Below are positions 8,103 to 15,836 of a DNA stretch of 32,000 nucleotides, piece after piece (position 1 is the first letter of the stretch; each line of letters begins with the position of its first letter). The notes below the pieces were generated by a model, which worked only from the letters and a program-made list of their open reading frames with translations, was not told the DNA's origin and made no database searches. The DNA lies in contig JACWEP010000005.1 of NCBI GenBank assembly GCA_014653375.1, positions 7,251 to 39,250 on the forward strand. The letters run 5' to 3'. A program made the position numbers and the translations under genes. This DNA is from Pelagibacterales bacterium SAG-MED48. GTDB taxonomy: Bacteria; Pseudomonadota; Alphaproteobacteria; Pelagibacterales; Pelagibacteraceae.

Positions 8103-8106
8103 TATT

Positions 8107-8550
8107 ATGTTAAATGAATCAAGAAAACAATGGTTAAGTTATTTAGCAACTGCTGATGAAGATTATCTCATTTTGCTTTGGGATAATTTAAATATGAAAA
8201 TAAAATATAATTGGTTAAGAGAACCTGAGATTGGTAGTGTAATGGTTCAAGGAAAAGCAGGAGCCACAGGTGATAATTTTAATGTTGGAGAGGTAACTAT
8301 AACTAGATGTTCAGTTAATTTAGATAAAAAAATTCAAGGTCATGGTTATGTTCAAGGTAGAAATAAATATAAATCTAAAATTGCAGCTTTGTGTGATGCG
8401 TTAATGCAAACTGAAAAAAAAGAAATTATAAAAAAAAATATACTGGATAAATTAGTTAAATACAAAAATAATAAAAGAAACGAAATATTATCTAAAACAG
8501 AAGCTACTAAAGTTGATTTTTTTACCTTGGTAAGAGGTGAGGATAAATAA
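8107..8550 (+). CDS. phnG: C-P lyase core complex subunit PhnG
   Basis: The track start 8095 is a TTG. The first ATG at 8107 gives MLNESRKQWLSYLA, comparable to E. coli PhnG RQHWMSVLA. Order and size fit phnG. Confidence 0.8.
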   Translation: MLNESRKQWLSYLATADEDYLILLWDNLNMKIKYNWLREPEIGSVMVQGKAGATGDNFNVGEVTITRCSVNLDKKIQGHGYVQGRNKYKSKIAALCDALMQTEKKEIIKKNILDKLVKYKNNKRNEILSKTEATKVDFFTLVRGEDK

Positions 8551-8553
8551 TTT

Positions 8554-9108
8554 ATGGAAGTTGTTTTTAAAAAAAATAATTCTCAAACGAGTGCTGATTA
8601 TTTTAGAAGTATTTTGTTTGCAACCTCATATCCTGGTTCAATTGAGACGTTAAATAATACAGATCCCCCTTCAAATATGTTTTCAGCTAGTTGTTCAATT
8701 ATAAAAACTTTTTGTGATAGTTATTCAAATATTTTTTTAGGTGGTGATGTTAACAATCCAGAAACCATAGAATGGATTAAATTTAATACAGGTGCAAACA
8801 TAACTGATAAAAAAAATGCAAATTTTGCAATTGGTTTTTGGAATGATCTCATTCCATTTGAAGATTTTAAAATTGGTGACGAGCAAAATCCTGATCAATC
8901 CTGCACTATAATTTGTCAGTCTCAATTTAAAAAACCAAATGCCAAAATTACTGGTCCTGGTATTAAAAGTTCTACAAGTATATTTTTACCCGATAAAGAG
9001 ATTATAAAAAAAAATAACCAGCAATTTCCTTTAGGGCTTGATTTTTATTTTGTTGATGATGAAAAATTTTATTCAATACCAAGGTCATTAAAAATAGGAG
9101 AGCTATAA
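8554..9108 (+). CDS. phnH: C-P lyase core complex subunit PhnH
   Basis: 184 aa, between phnG and phnI. Position and size are typical for PhnH. Confidence 0.78.
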   Translation: MEVVFKKNNSQTSADYFRSILFATSYPGSIETLNNTDPPSNMFSASCSIIKTFCDSYSNIFLGGDVNNPETIEWIKFNTGANITDKKNANFAIGFWNDLIPFEDFKIGDEQNPDQSCTIICQSQFKKPNAKITGPGIKSSTSIFLPDKEIIKKNNQQFPLGLDFYFVDDEKFYSIPRSLKIGEL

Positions 9109-9109
9109 A

Positions 9110-10189
9110 ATGTATGTATCAGTAAAAGGAGGAGAAAAGGCAATAAATAACGCACATTCCTGGTTATCTGAAATAAGAAGAGGTGATGTAAATATAGCAG
9201 AATTAAATATTAAACAAATTAGTGAACAACTAACATTAAGTGTCGACAGAGTTATGTCTGAGGGATCTTTGTATGATAAAGACTTGTCGGCTTTAGCAAT
9301 CAAACAGTCTAGAGGTGACTTGATTGAAGCAATTTTTCTAATTAGAGCCTATAGAACTACTTTACCTAGAATTGGTTCTAGCAAACCTATCGAAACTGGC
9401 AAAATGTTATGTCTTAGAAGAATATCTGCAACATTTAAAGATATACCAGGTAAACAAAAATTAGGTCCAACATTTGATTACACACACCGTTTACTTGACT
9501 TTAAACTTCTTGCTGATGGTGAGTATGATAAAGCTAAGATTGAAAAATATGATGACAAAGAAATCCCTCATGTTTTAAGCTTTTTAAATAAAGAAGGATT
9601 AATTCAGAAAGAAATACCTAGTGGCAAAACATCTAAAGATATTACAAGAAATCCAATTAATTTTCCTTTAACAAGATCTGAACGACTGCAATCTCTTTCG
9701 AGAGGAGATGAAGGTTTTCTTCTTGGTTTAGCTTATTCAACACAGAGAGGGTATGCTAGAAACCATGCATTTGTTGGTGAATTAAGAACTGGTTATGTTG
9801 AAGTTAAATTTGAAATTCCTGAACTAGGGATAGAAATAAATATTGCTGATGTCATGTTTACTGAGTGTGAGTCAGTAAACCAATTTAAAGGTAGTAAAAA
9901 AATACCTGCTCAATTTACCCGTGGATATGGATTAGTTTTTGGTCAATTAGAGAGAAAAGCAATTTCTATGGCTTTGGTTGATAGATCAATGAGATGGAAA
10001 GAGTTTGGAGAGGAATATTTAGGCGTTGCTGCTCAAGATGAAGAATTTATTATATCTCATTGTGATAATATTCAAGCTACTGGTTTTTTAGAACATATCA
10101 AATTACCTCATTATGTAGATTTTCAGGCGGAATTGGATCTAGTAAGAAAAATTAGAGAAGAATATAAAAAAAATGAACAACATACTTAA
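9110..10189 (+). CDS. phnI: C-P lyase subunit PhnI (ribosyl-phosphonate triphosphate synthase component)
   Basis: 359 aa. It starts MYVSVKGGEKAI...AH, the typical PhnI N-terminus (MYVAVKGGE in E. coli), and keeps its conserved position. Confidence 0.9.
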   Translation: MYVSVKGGEKAINNAHSWLSEIRRGDVNIAELNIKQISEQLTLSVDRVMSEGSLYDKDLSALAIKQSRGDLIEAIFLIRAYRTTLPRIGSSKPIETGKMLCLRRISATFKDIPGKQKLGPTFDYTHRLLDFKLLADGEYDKAKIEKYDDKEIPHVLSFLNKEGLIQKEIPSGKTSKDITRNPINFPLTRSERLQSLSRGDEGFLLGLAYSTQRGYARNHAFVGELRTGYVEVKFEIPELGIEINIADVMFTECESVNQFKGSKKIPAQFTRGYGLVFGQLERKAISMALVDRSMRWKEFGEEYLGVAAQDEEFIISHCDNIQATGFLEHIKLPHYVDFQAELDLVRKIREEYKKNEQHT

Positions 10190-11054
10190 ATTTAAAAATA
10201 AAAAAGCTAAAGTTTCAGATCAAGATGAAATTTATAATTTTGCTTATTTAGATGAAAATACAAAAAGAATGATAAGAAGAGCTTTAATCAAAGCTCTTTG
10301 TATACCAGGTTATCAAGTCCCATTTTCATCCAGAGAAATGCCAATGCCCTACGGATGGGGTACAGGCGGTGTGCAAGTAACTTCATCTTGTTTAACAACA
10401 GACGATGTCCTTAAAGTTATTGATCAGGGAGCAGATGACACTACTAATGCAGTTTCAATAAGAAATTTTTTTAAAAAAACTGCAAATATTGAGACTACTG
10501 AAACAACTGAAGATGCTTCAATAATACAAACAAGACATAGAATACCAGAGAATCAATTAAAGGAAAAACAGATACTTGTTTATCAAGTTCCAATTCCAGA
10601 GCCACTAGCTTTTTTAGAACCAAGATATCAAGAGACTAAAAAAATGCATGCACTATCAGAATATGGAATTATGCATGTAAAGTTATATGAAGACATTACT
10701 AAAAATGGTCATATAGAAACCGCATATGCGTATCCAGTGAAAACAAATGACAGATACATAATGGATCCATCACCTATACCAAAATTTGATAATCCAAAGA
10801 TGAATAACAATCCTGCTATACAATTGTTTGGTGCCGGTAGAGAACAAAGAATTTACGCAATTCCACCTTACACACAGGTTACAAGTCTTGATTTTGAAGA
10901 TTATCCATTTGATCCTTCAAAAGCACCACATAAATGTTCTATTTGTGGATCAAATGATAGTTTTTTAGATGAAATAATTACAGACGATGATGGTAATAGA
11001 TCTTTCATATGTTCAGATACAAATTACTGTAATCAAAGAATGAAAGATAAGTAA
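10173..11054 (+). CDS. phnJ: C-P lyase catalytic radical-SAM subunit PhnJ
   Basis: YNFAYLDENTKRMIRRALIKALCIPGYQVPFSSREMPMPYGWGTGGVQVT nearly matches E. coli PhnJ. The C-terminal Cys pattern CSIC-X21-C-X5-C matches the CX2CX21CX5C cluster and thiyl-radical cysteines. A roughly 14-aa N-terminal extension overlaps phnI by 17 nt. Confidence 0.92.
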   Translation: MNNILKFKNKKAKVSDQDEIYNFAYLDENTKRMIRRALIKALCIPGYQVPFSSREMPMPYGWGTGGVQVTSSCLTTDDVLKVIDQGADDTTNAVSIRNFFKKTANIETTETTEDASIIQTRHRIPENQLKEKQILVYQVPIPEPLAFLEPRYQETKKMHALSEYGIMHVKLYEDITKNGHIETAYAYPVKTNDRYIMDPSPIPKFDNPKMNNNPAIQLFGAGREQRIYAIPPYTQVTSLDFEDYPFDPSKAPHKCSICGSNDSFLDEIITDDDGNRSFICSDTNYCNQRMKDK

Positions 11055-11822
11055 ATGGAACCAATTTTATCTGTTCAAAATTTAAATAAATATTATGGGG
11101 ATCAAGTTGGTTGTAAAAATATGAATATGACATTGTATCCGGGTGAAGTCGTTGGAGTGGTAGGGGAGTCTGGGTCAGGAAAAACAACTTTTATAAACTC
11201 AATATCAGGCAATCTTATTCCAGATAGTGGAAAAATCCTAATTAATACAAATAATGAAATTATTAATTTCTTGGAAATATCAGAGTCATTGAAAAGATTA
11301 TTAATAAGAACCGAACTAGCTTTTGTTCACCAAAATCCTAGAGATGGTTTAAGATTGGATGTAAGTGCTGGTGGAAATATTAGTGAAAGATTAATGTCCA
11401 TTGGACAAAGAAATTATGGAAATATTAGGCAAACTATTTTTAAATGGTTAGATAAAGTGGAAATCGATAAAAGTAGGGTAGATGATTTTCCAAGAACATT
11501 TTCAGGTGGAATGTTGCAAAGATTACAAATAGCAAAAAACTTAGTTACGAGTCCAAAAATAATTTTCATGGATGAACCAACAGGAGGTCTTGATGTTTCT
11601 GTTCAAGCCAAAATTTTAGATTTGTTAAGAAAATTAGTTAGAGAATTAAATTTATCAGTTGTAATTGTTTCTCACGATCTTGCAGTTATTAGATTGTTAG
11701 CTGATAAAATTATTGTAATGAAAAATGGTGAGGCTGTTGAGTCTGGATTGTGTGATCAAGTATTAGATGATCCACAACATTCTTACACTCAGTTATTAGT
11801 CAGCTCTGTACTTCAGGTTTAA
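11055..11822 (+). CDS. phnK: C-P lyase-associated ABC-type ATPase PhnK
   Basis: 255 aa. It has Walker A GESGSGKTT, the signature FSGGMLQRLQIA and Walker B IFMDEP, and follows phnJ. Confidence 0.9.
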   Translation: MEPILSVQNLNKYYGDQVGCKNMNMTLYPGEVVGVVGESGSGKTTFINSISGNLIPDSGKILINTNNEIINFLEISESLKRLLIRTELAFVHQNPRDGLRLDVSAGGNISERLMSIGQRNYGNIRQTIFKWLDKVEIDKSRVDDFPRTFSGGMLQRLQIAKNLVTSPKIIFMDEPTGGLDVSVQAKILDLLRKLVRELNLSVVIVSHDLAVIRLLADKIIVMKNGEAVESGLCDQVLDDPQHSYTQLLVSSVLQV

Positions 11823-11823
11823 A

Positions 11824-12501
11824 ATGATAGAACTTAATAAAATAACAAAAAAATTTACACTTCATAATCAAGGCAAAACAAAAATATCAGTTTTTAAAAA
11901 TTTGAATTTGAAAATTAATCCTGGAGAAATTGTAGCGTTGACAGGACCATCAGGTGTTGGAAAGTCTAGCATTTTAAAAATGATTTATGGAAACTATGTT
12001 TTTCAATCAGGAGAAATTAAAATTAATAATCACAACATAGATCATAAATATCCTAGAAATATTATTGAACTTAGAAAAAATACAATAGGATATGTTAGTC
12101 AATTTCTAAGAGTGATACCTCGTGTTCCTACGATTGAAATTGTTATGGAGCCCTTATTAGAAATAAATTCAGATCAAGATGAAGTTCGTGAAAAAGCTGA
12201 AAAAACTTTAATAAAACTTAATATAGATAAAAACTTATGGAATTTATCGCCACTTACTTTTTCAGGAGGAGAACAACAAAGAGTTAATGTAGCTAGGGGA
12301 CTGATTAGGAATTATCCATGTTTATTACTAGATGAACCAACAGCTAGTTTAGATAGTGTTAACAAAGATATTGTTTTGAATTTGATTAATGAAAAAAAAG
12401 ATAAAGGATCTTCAATAATTGGCATTTTTCATGATAAATATTCACGTAAATATTTAAATGCTAGGGAAATAGATATTACAAAAATATCAAATGCAAAATA
12501 A
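11824..12501 (+). CDS. phnL: C-P lyase-associated ABC-type ATPase PhnL
   Basis: 225 aa. It has Walker A GPSGVGKSS, the signature FSGGEQQRVNVA and Walker B LLLDEP, and follows phnK. Confidence 0.88.
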   Translation: MIELNKITKKFTLHNQGKTKISVFKNLNLKINPGEIVALTGPSGVGKSSILKMIYGNYVFQSGEIKINNHNIDHKYPRNIIELRKNTIGYVSQFLRVIPRVPTIEIVMEPLLEINSDQDEVREKAEKTLIKLNIDKNLWNLSPLTFSGGEQQRVNVARGLIRNYPCLLLDEPTASLDSVNKDIVLNLINEKKDKGSSIIGIFHDKYSRKYLNAREIDITKISNAK

Positions 12502-13027
12502 CGGTCAGCTTATTGTAGTCGTTGGACCATCAGGATCAGGAAAAGATACATTGTTAAAAAAAGTAATTAAAAAAATTCCTAATTCTATTTTGGTTAAGAG
12601 ATACATTACTAGGAAAAAAGATATTAAAAATGAAGATCATTACAGTATATCGATTAAAAATTTTGAAGATAAGATTTCAAAAAAACATTTCTTCGTTTAC
12701 TGGAATGCTCATGGTTTTTCATACGGTATTCCATTTAAAGAAATAAAAAAAATAGAGCAAGGTAAAACAGTAATTTTTAATGGATCAAGAAAAGTACTTT
12801 TTAAAGTAAAAAAAAAAGTTAATAACGTTAAAATAATTAATATTACTGCCCCATCAACAATTATTAAAAAGAGACTTGTAATTCGAGCTAGAGAAGACAA
12901 AAAATCAATTAATAAAAGGATAAAAAGAAAAATTAATTTACTTCCGAAAAATATAATTACTATAAATAATAATAAATCAATATCTATCGGTGCAAATAAA
13001 TTAAAAAAAATAATTTTAGCTAAGTGA
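12491..13027 (+). CDS. phnN: Ribose 1,5-bisphosphate phosphokinase PhnN
   Basis: 178 aa. It has the P-loop VVGPSGSGKDTLL at the N-terminus, is the size of a guanylate-kinase-like protein and sits last in the phnG-N string. Confidence 0.8.
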   Translation: MQNNGQLIVVVGPSGSGKDTLLKKVIKKIPNSILVKRYITRKKDIKNEDHYSISIKNFEDKISKKHFFVYWNAHGFSYGIPFKEIKKIEQGKTVIFNGSRKVLFKVKKKVNNVKIINITAPSTIIKKRLVIRAREDKKSINKRIKRKINLLPKNIITINNNKSISIGANKLKKIILAK

Positions 13028-13729
13028 AAAATTTTCTAAATTCTCAAACATTCCTTTTTGGTTTTCACCAAATATATATATTTTATCAAAATTATTTATT
13101 TCATTTAAAATGATTTCTTTGTTTTTTTCAATTTTTTTTAACTCAAAGTACAATTTGTTTCCTGTGACCTCTGATGCAAGGGTCATATGGAAATTAAATT
13201 CTGACATTATATAGGGGTATCCCCATTTATATAAAATATTTAATTGTAATTTACTTAGTTTAGAGGGATTTCTTCTATCAATTTCTTTTTTTGTAAGAGG
13301 TGACCTAAATTTAAATAATTCTCTAACCAGTCTATTGGATAACTTATTAATGTTATTATTTTTTTTATTTTGAACAAAAGCATAAAAATTATTTATTTTT
13401 TTTAATTTAAATTTATAAAACTTAAATTTTTTGAATTTTTTTGTTATTTCCTCAGTTTTTTTAAATAATGTATTGGTACTATAATTTTTGTTTAGTTTAA
13501 AAGGAGGAATAAGTGTACCGTGAAACCCATATTTCTTTGGAATTAAAACATTTTTATCTATGTTTATTAAGTTTTTAATTCCAAATCTGTTTAGATAATT
13601 AATTCTATGTTTGTTATTTATTAACTTTGCATTAAGTGGATCCCAACCGAACCAATATCTACCAAATTCTTCTAGACTACTCTCTTTTGGAGGTGCATAA
13701 TAAATAGCATATCTAGAATATTTTTTCAT
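13016..13729 (-). CDS. 2H-phosphoesterase-like protein associated with phosphonate metabolism (DUF1045-like); candidate cyclic phosphodiesterase
   Basis: 237 aa. It has two H-x-T-x motifs, GFHGTL (His70, codon 13522-13520) and NFHMTL (His181, codon 13189-13187). It is wedged between phnN and phnM on the opposite strand, with a 12-nt 3' overlap with phnN. Confidence 0.65.
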   Translation of the reverse strand: MKKYSRYAIYYAPPKESSLEEFGRYWFGWDPLNAKLINNKHRINYLNRFGIKNLINIDKNVLIPKKYGFHGTLIPPFKLNKNYSTNTLFKKTEEITKKFKKFKFYKFKLKKINNFYAFVQNKKNNNINKLSNRLVRELFKFRSPLTKKEIDRRNPSKLSKLQLNILYKWGYPYIMSEFNFHMTLASEVTGNKLYFELKKIEKNKEIILNEINNFDKIYIFGENQKGMFENLENFSLS

Positions 13730-13807
13730 AATTCAACTTTTAATACTTATATAAATTTTTTTCTCAAATTTAAAATATTTGTAACAATTCATGTATATAA
13801 AAAAACG

Positions 13808-14944
13808 ATGCATGAATATATTTTAAATAACGCCATGATAATTAAAAAGGATGAGATTATTCATGGCCATATAAGAATTAAAAATAATAAGATTGTCGAT
13901 ATAAGTAGTGGATTAAGTAATAACAAAAATTCAATTGACTGTGAAAAAGATTACATCTCTCCAGGATTGGTTGAACTACATACCGACAATCTTGAAAGAC
14001 ACATGACACCAAGACCTAAAGTTTCATTTCCAGTAGAAAATGCAATTTTATCTCATGATAGAGAGTTAGCATCTGTAGGAATAACTACAGTTTTTGATGC
14101 ATTAAGAGTTGGTTCTATTGAAAAAACAGGAAAATATAAAAAATATGCAAAAAACTGTTCAGATATAATTTCAAGTTTTAAAAAAGATAATATTCTCAAG
14201 ATTGATCACAAAATACATTTAAGAGCTGAAACTTGTTCGGAAAATTTGATTGATGAATTAGACGAATACAATGAAACTCACGATGTAAAACTAATTAGTA
14301 TAATGGATCATACACCAGGTCAGAGGCAATTTAGAGTTATAGATAAGTATAAAGAATATCTTTCAATTAAACACGGTATGACAGAAAATGAAATGGAAAT
14401 TCATTTTGAACACTTAATAAATCTTCAAAAAAAAAATAGCAAGAAACACATAGATAGAATTCTAGAATTTAAATCCTCATATGATTGTATTTTGGCTAGT
14501 CATGACGATACCACTGAAAATGATGTTCATAACTCAAATAAATATGGAGTAAAATTGGCTGAATTTCCAACAACTTTAGAGGCAGCCAAAACTTCTAAAA
14601 ATTACAATATTAAAGTCATGATGGGATCTCCTAATTTACTTAGGGGAGGTTCTCACTCTGGCAATATCTCTGCTAAAGAACTTTTAGAAAATGATTGTCT
14701 AGATATTTTAAGCTCAGATTATATTCCATCCTCATTAATTATATCTGTTATTAAATGGGGTTTAGAAATTGATAATCTTCCGAAAGCATTTGCAGCAGCT
14801 AGTTACGCTCCATCTATAGCTATAAATTTAAATGATAGGGGTTTAATTGACAACAATAAAAGAGCAGATTTAGTAAGGTTTAAAATTTATCAAAATTTAC
14901 CCGTTGTAAAAAACGTTTGGTCAAACGGTATCCAAGTAAGCTAA
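13808..14944 (+). CDS. phnM: Alpha-D-ribose 1-methylphosphonate 5-triphosphate diphosphatase PhnM (amidohydrolase superfamily)
   Basis: 378 aa. The motifs PGLVELHTDNLE and later SHDD...LAEFP match PhnM. Confidence 0.88.
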   Translation: MHEYILNNAMIIKKDEIIHGHIRIKNNKIVDISSGLSNNKNSIDCEKDYISPGLVELHTDNLERHMTPRPKVSFPVENAILSHDRELASVGITTVFDALRVGSIEKTGKYKKYAKNCSDIISSFKKDNILKIDHKIHLRAETCSENLIDELDEYNETHDVKLISIMDHTPGQRQFRVIDKYKEYLSIKHGMTENEMEIHFEHLINLQKKNSKKHIDRILEFKSSYDCILASHDDTTENDVHNSNKYGVKLAEFPTTLEAAKTSKNYNIKVMMGSPNLLRGGSHSGNISAKELLENDCLDILSSDYIPSSLIISVIKWGLEIDNLPKAFAAASYAPSIAINLNDRGLIDNNKRADLVRFKIYQNLPVVKNVWSNGIQVS

Positions 14945-15165
14945 AATATTCCTGTTGTATAAGAGTATTTTATAATTCCTGCTATCATTATTGGTATTTG
15001 TAATGAAAAATTTGTTAATAAAGGTTTGTCTTTTGTAATGGTACCAACAATTGTCCAACCGATTATACCTAAACTGTGAGGTATCATGCTATAAGGATAG
15101 TAATCTAAATAAAAAGTTAATATTCCTAAAAGTGTTAACACTGTGCTTGTCTATTTTAATACCAT
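14941..15165 (-). pseudogene. Second copy of a 3-TM mini membrane protein, with an in-frame TAG at codon 5; a GTG restart at 15141 could still give 66 aa
   Basis: The minus strand reads ATG(15165-15163) GTA TTA AAA TAG(15153-15151) ACA AGC ACA GTG.... This is colinear with the upstream paralog (YLKWISTALVLTGIL versus VLK*TSTVLTLLGIL), so TAG replaces the conserved TGG. No SD precedes the GTG. About half the residues match the 73-aa copy. Confidence 0.45.
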
Positions 15166-15394
15166 TATCTAAGAAATTCTCAAAATTTTTAGACCTATAA
15201 TTAGAAAGATCAAAATTTTTATTTTTTTCTAAAAATTTATTTATATCTTCATTAATTTTACCTGATGGGTTGTTCCCAGCACTATAAGCTTTAAACAAAT
15301 TTGAATATTCGTTTTTAATAATATTTTCAGCTATTATGCCTCTAGGTGAGTTACCTGTGCAAACGAATAAGATATTTTTTATTAGAAAATAATT
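15089..15394 (-). pseudogene. arsC-like (LMW-PTP) remnant: N-terminal half only, no canonical start, C-terminus replaced
   Basis: The open frame reads NYFLIKNILFVCTGNSPRGIIAENIIKNEYSNLFKAYSAGNNPSGKINEDINKFLEKNKNFDLSNYRSKNFENFLDNG, then runs out of frame into the mini-membrane gene. The CX5R loop is intact (TGC 15361-15359 to AGA 15343-15341). There is no ATG upstream, and the redox Cys pair and DP motif are absent. It is roughly 50% identical to ArsC at 207-662 over about 74 aa in a by-eye alignment. Confidence 0.6.
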
Positions 15395-15603
15395 TTATAA
15401 ATTCCAATTACAAACAATGGTATTTGTAATCCAAAGTTTGTTAAAATAGCCTTATCTTTTGATAAAAATCCTGCGATAGTCCATCCTATAACGCCAAGTC
15501 CATGGAAGTAGATATTAATAGGGTAAATATTTAGATTAGTTAACAATATTCCTGTTAAAACAAGAGCTGTACTAATCCATTTTAGATATTTTTTAATAAA
15601 CAT
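15382..15603 (-). CDS. 3-TM mini membrane protein of unknown function (SemiSWEET/PnuC-like size and topology)
   Basis: 73 aa with three hydrophobic segments. The W-x-I-x-G-x-L-S-x-D...N pattern (GWTIAGFLSKDKAILTN) loosely recalls the SemiSWEET TM2-TM3 region. An SD-like AGAGGAGA sits just upstream (15606-15613). A paralog lies at 14941-15165. Confidence 0.55.
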   Translation of the reverse strand: MFIKKYLKWISTALVLTGILLTNLNIYPINIYFHGLGVIGWTIAGFLSKDKAILTNFGLQIPLFVIGIYKIIF

Positions 15604-15701
15604 AGTCTCCTCTGTATGTAAGTTTTGTTAAGAATTTATTACAATTATAGAGGAAACTAAAATCTAAATTTTATAATCTAATTTTTTTGAAGCTCATAAA
15701 T

Positions 15702-15718
15702 AGAAACATAATGTTTCT
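15702..15718. promoter_or_regulatory. 17-bp perfect palindrome AGAAACAT-A-ATGTTTCT (7-1-7 layout as in Fur-family boxes)
   Basis: Seen directly. It lies in the intergenic region about 100 bp upstream of the mini-membrane gene start (15603) and about 120 bp upstream of zur. Confidence 0.3.
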
Positions 15719-15802
15719 TCTTAGGAAGTGGGATTATTGTTGGAACTTTAGTTAATCTTGGTTTTATTGACTTATTTCCTACGTATTTTTTTAATTAAAG
15801 TA

Positions 15803-15830
15803 TTGACAAAAATATGTTATGTTATAACAT
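15803..15830 (+). promoter_or_regulatory. Candidate sigma70-type promoter of zur (TTGACA -35; -10-like TAACAT/TATAAC inside the Zur box)
   Basis: TTGACA lies at 15803-15808 and TAACAT at 15825-15830, with a 16-bp spacer. The predicted start site falls at or within a few nt of the ATG at 15837. Confidence 0.4.
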
Positions 15831-15835
15831 AACAT
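15814..15835. promoter_or_regulatory. Zur-box-like 22-bp perfect palindrome ATGTTATGTTATAACATAACAT
   Basis: I verified base by base that it is self-complementary. It contains the ATGTTAT...ATAACAT and TGTTATAACA cores typical of proteobacterial Zur operators. It ends 1 nt before the zur ATG. Confidence 0.65.
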
Positions 15836-15836
15836 T

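Noticed and set aside
8737-9303. Minus-strand ORFs 8737..8925 and 9103..9303
   Set aside because: They lie inside phnH and phnI on the opposite strand. The phn genes are colinear and tightly coupled, which leaves no room for them.
11005-12900. Minus-strand ORFs 11005..11187 and 12709..12900
   Set aside because: They are antisense to phnJ/phnK and phnN. Their sequences have an AT-rich random-like composition.
15712-15798. Short plus-strand frame CFFLGSGIIVGTLVNLGFIDLFPTYFFN ending just before the zur promoter, looking like the C-terminus of a membrane protein
   Set aside because: It is only 28 codons with no start codon and no recognisable family. It could be a gene remnant, but hydrophobic-looking peptides arise easily by chance in T-rich sequence.
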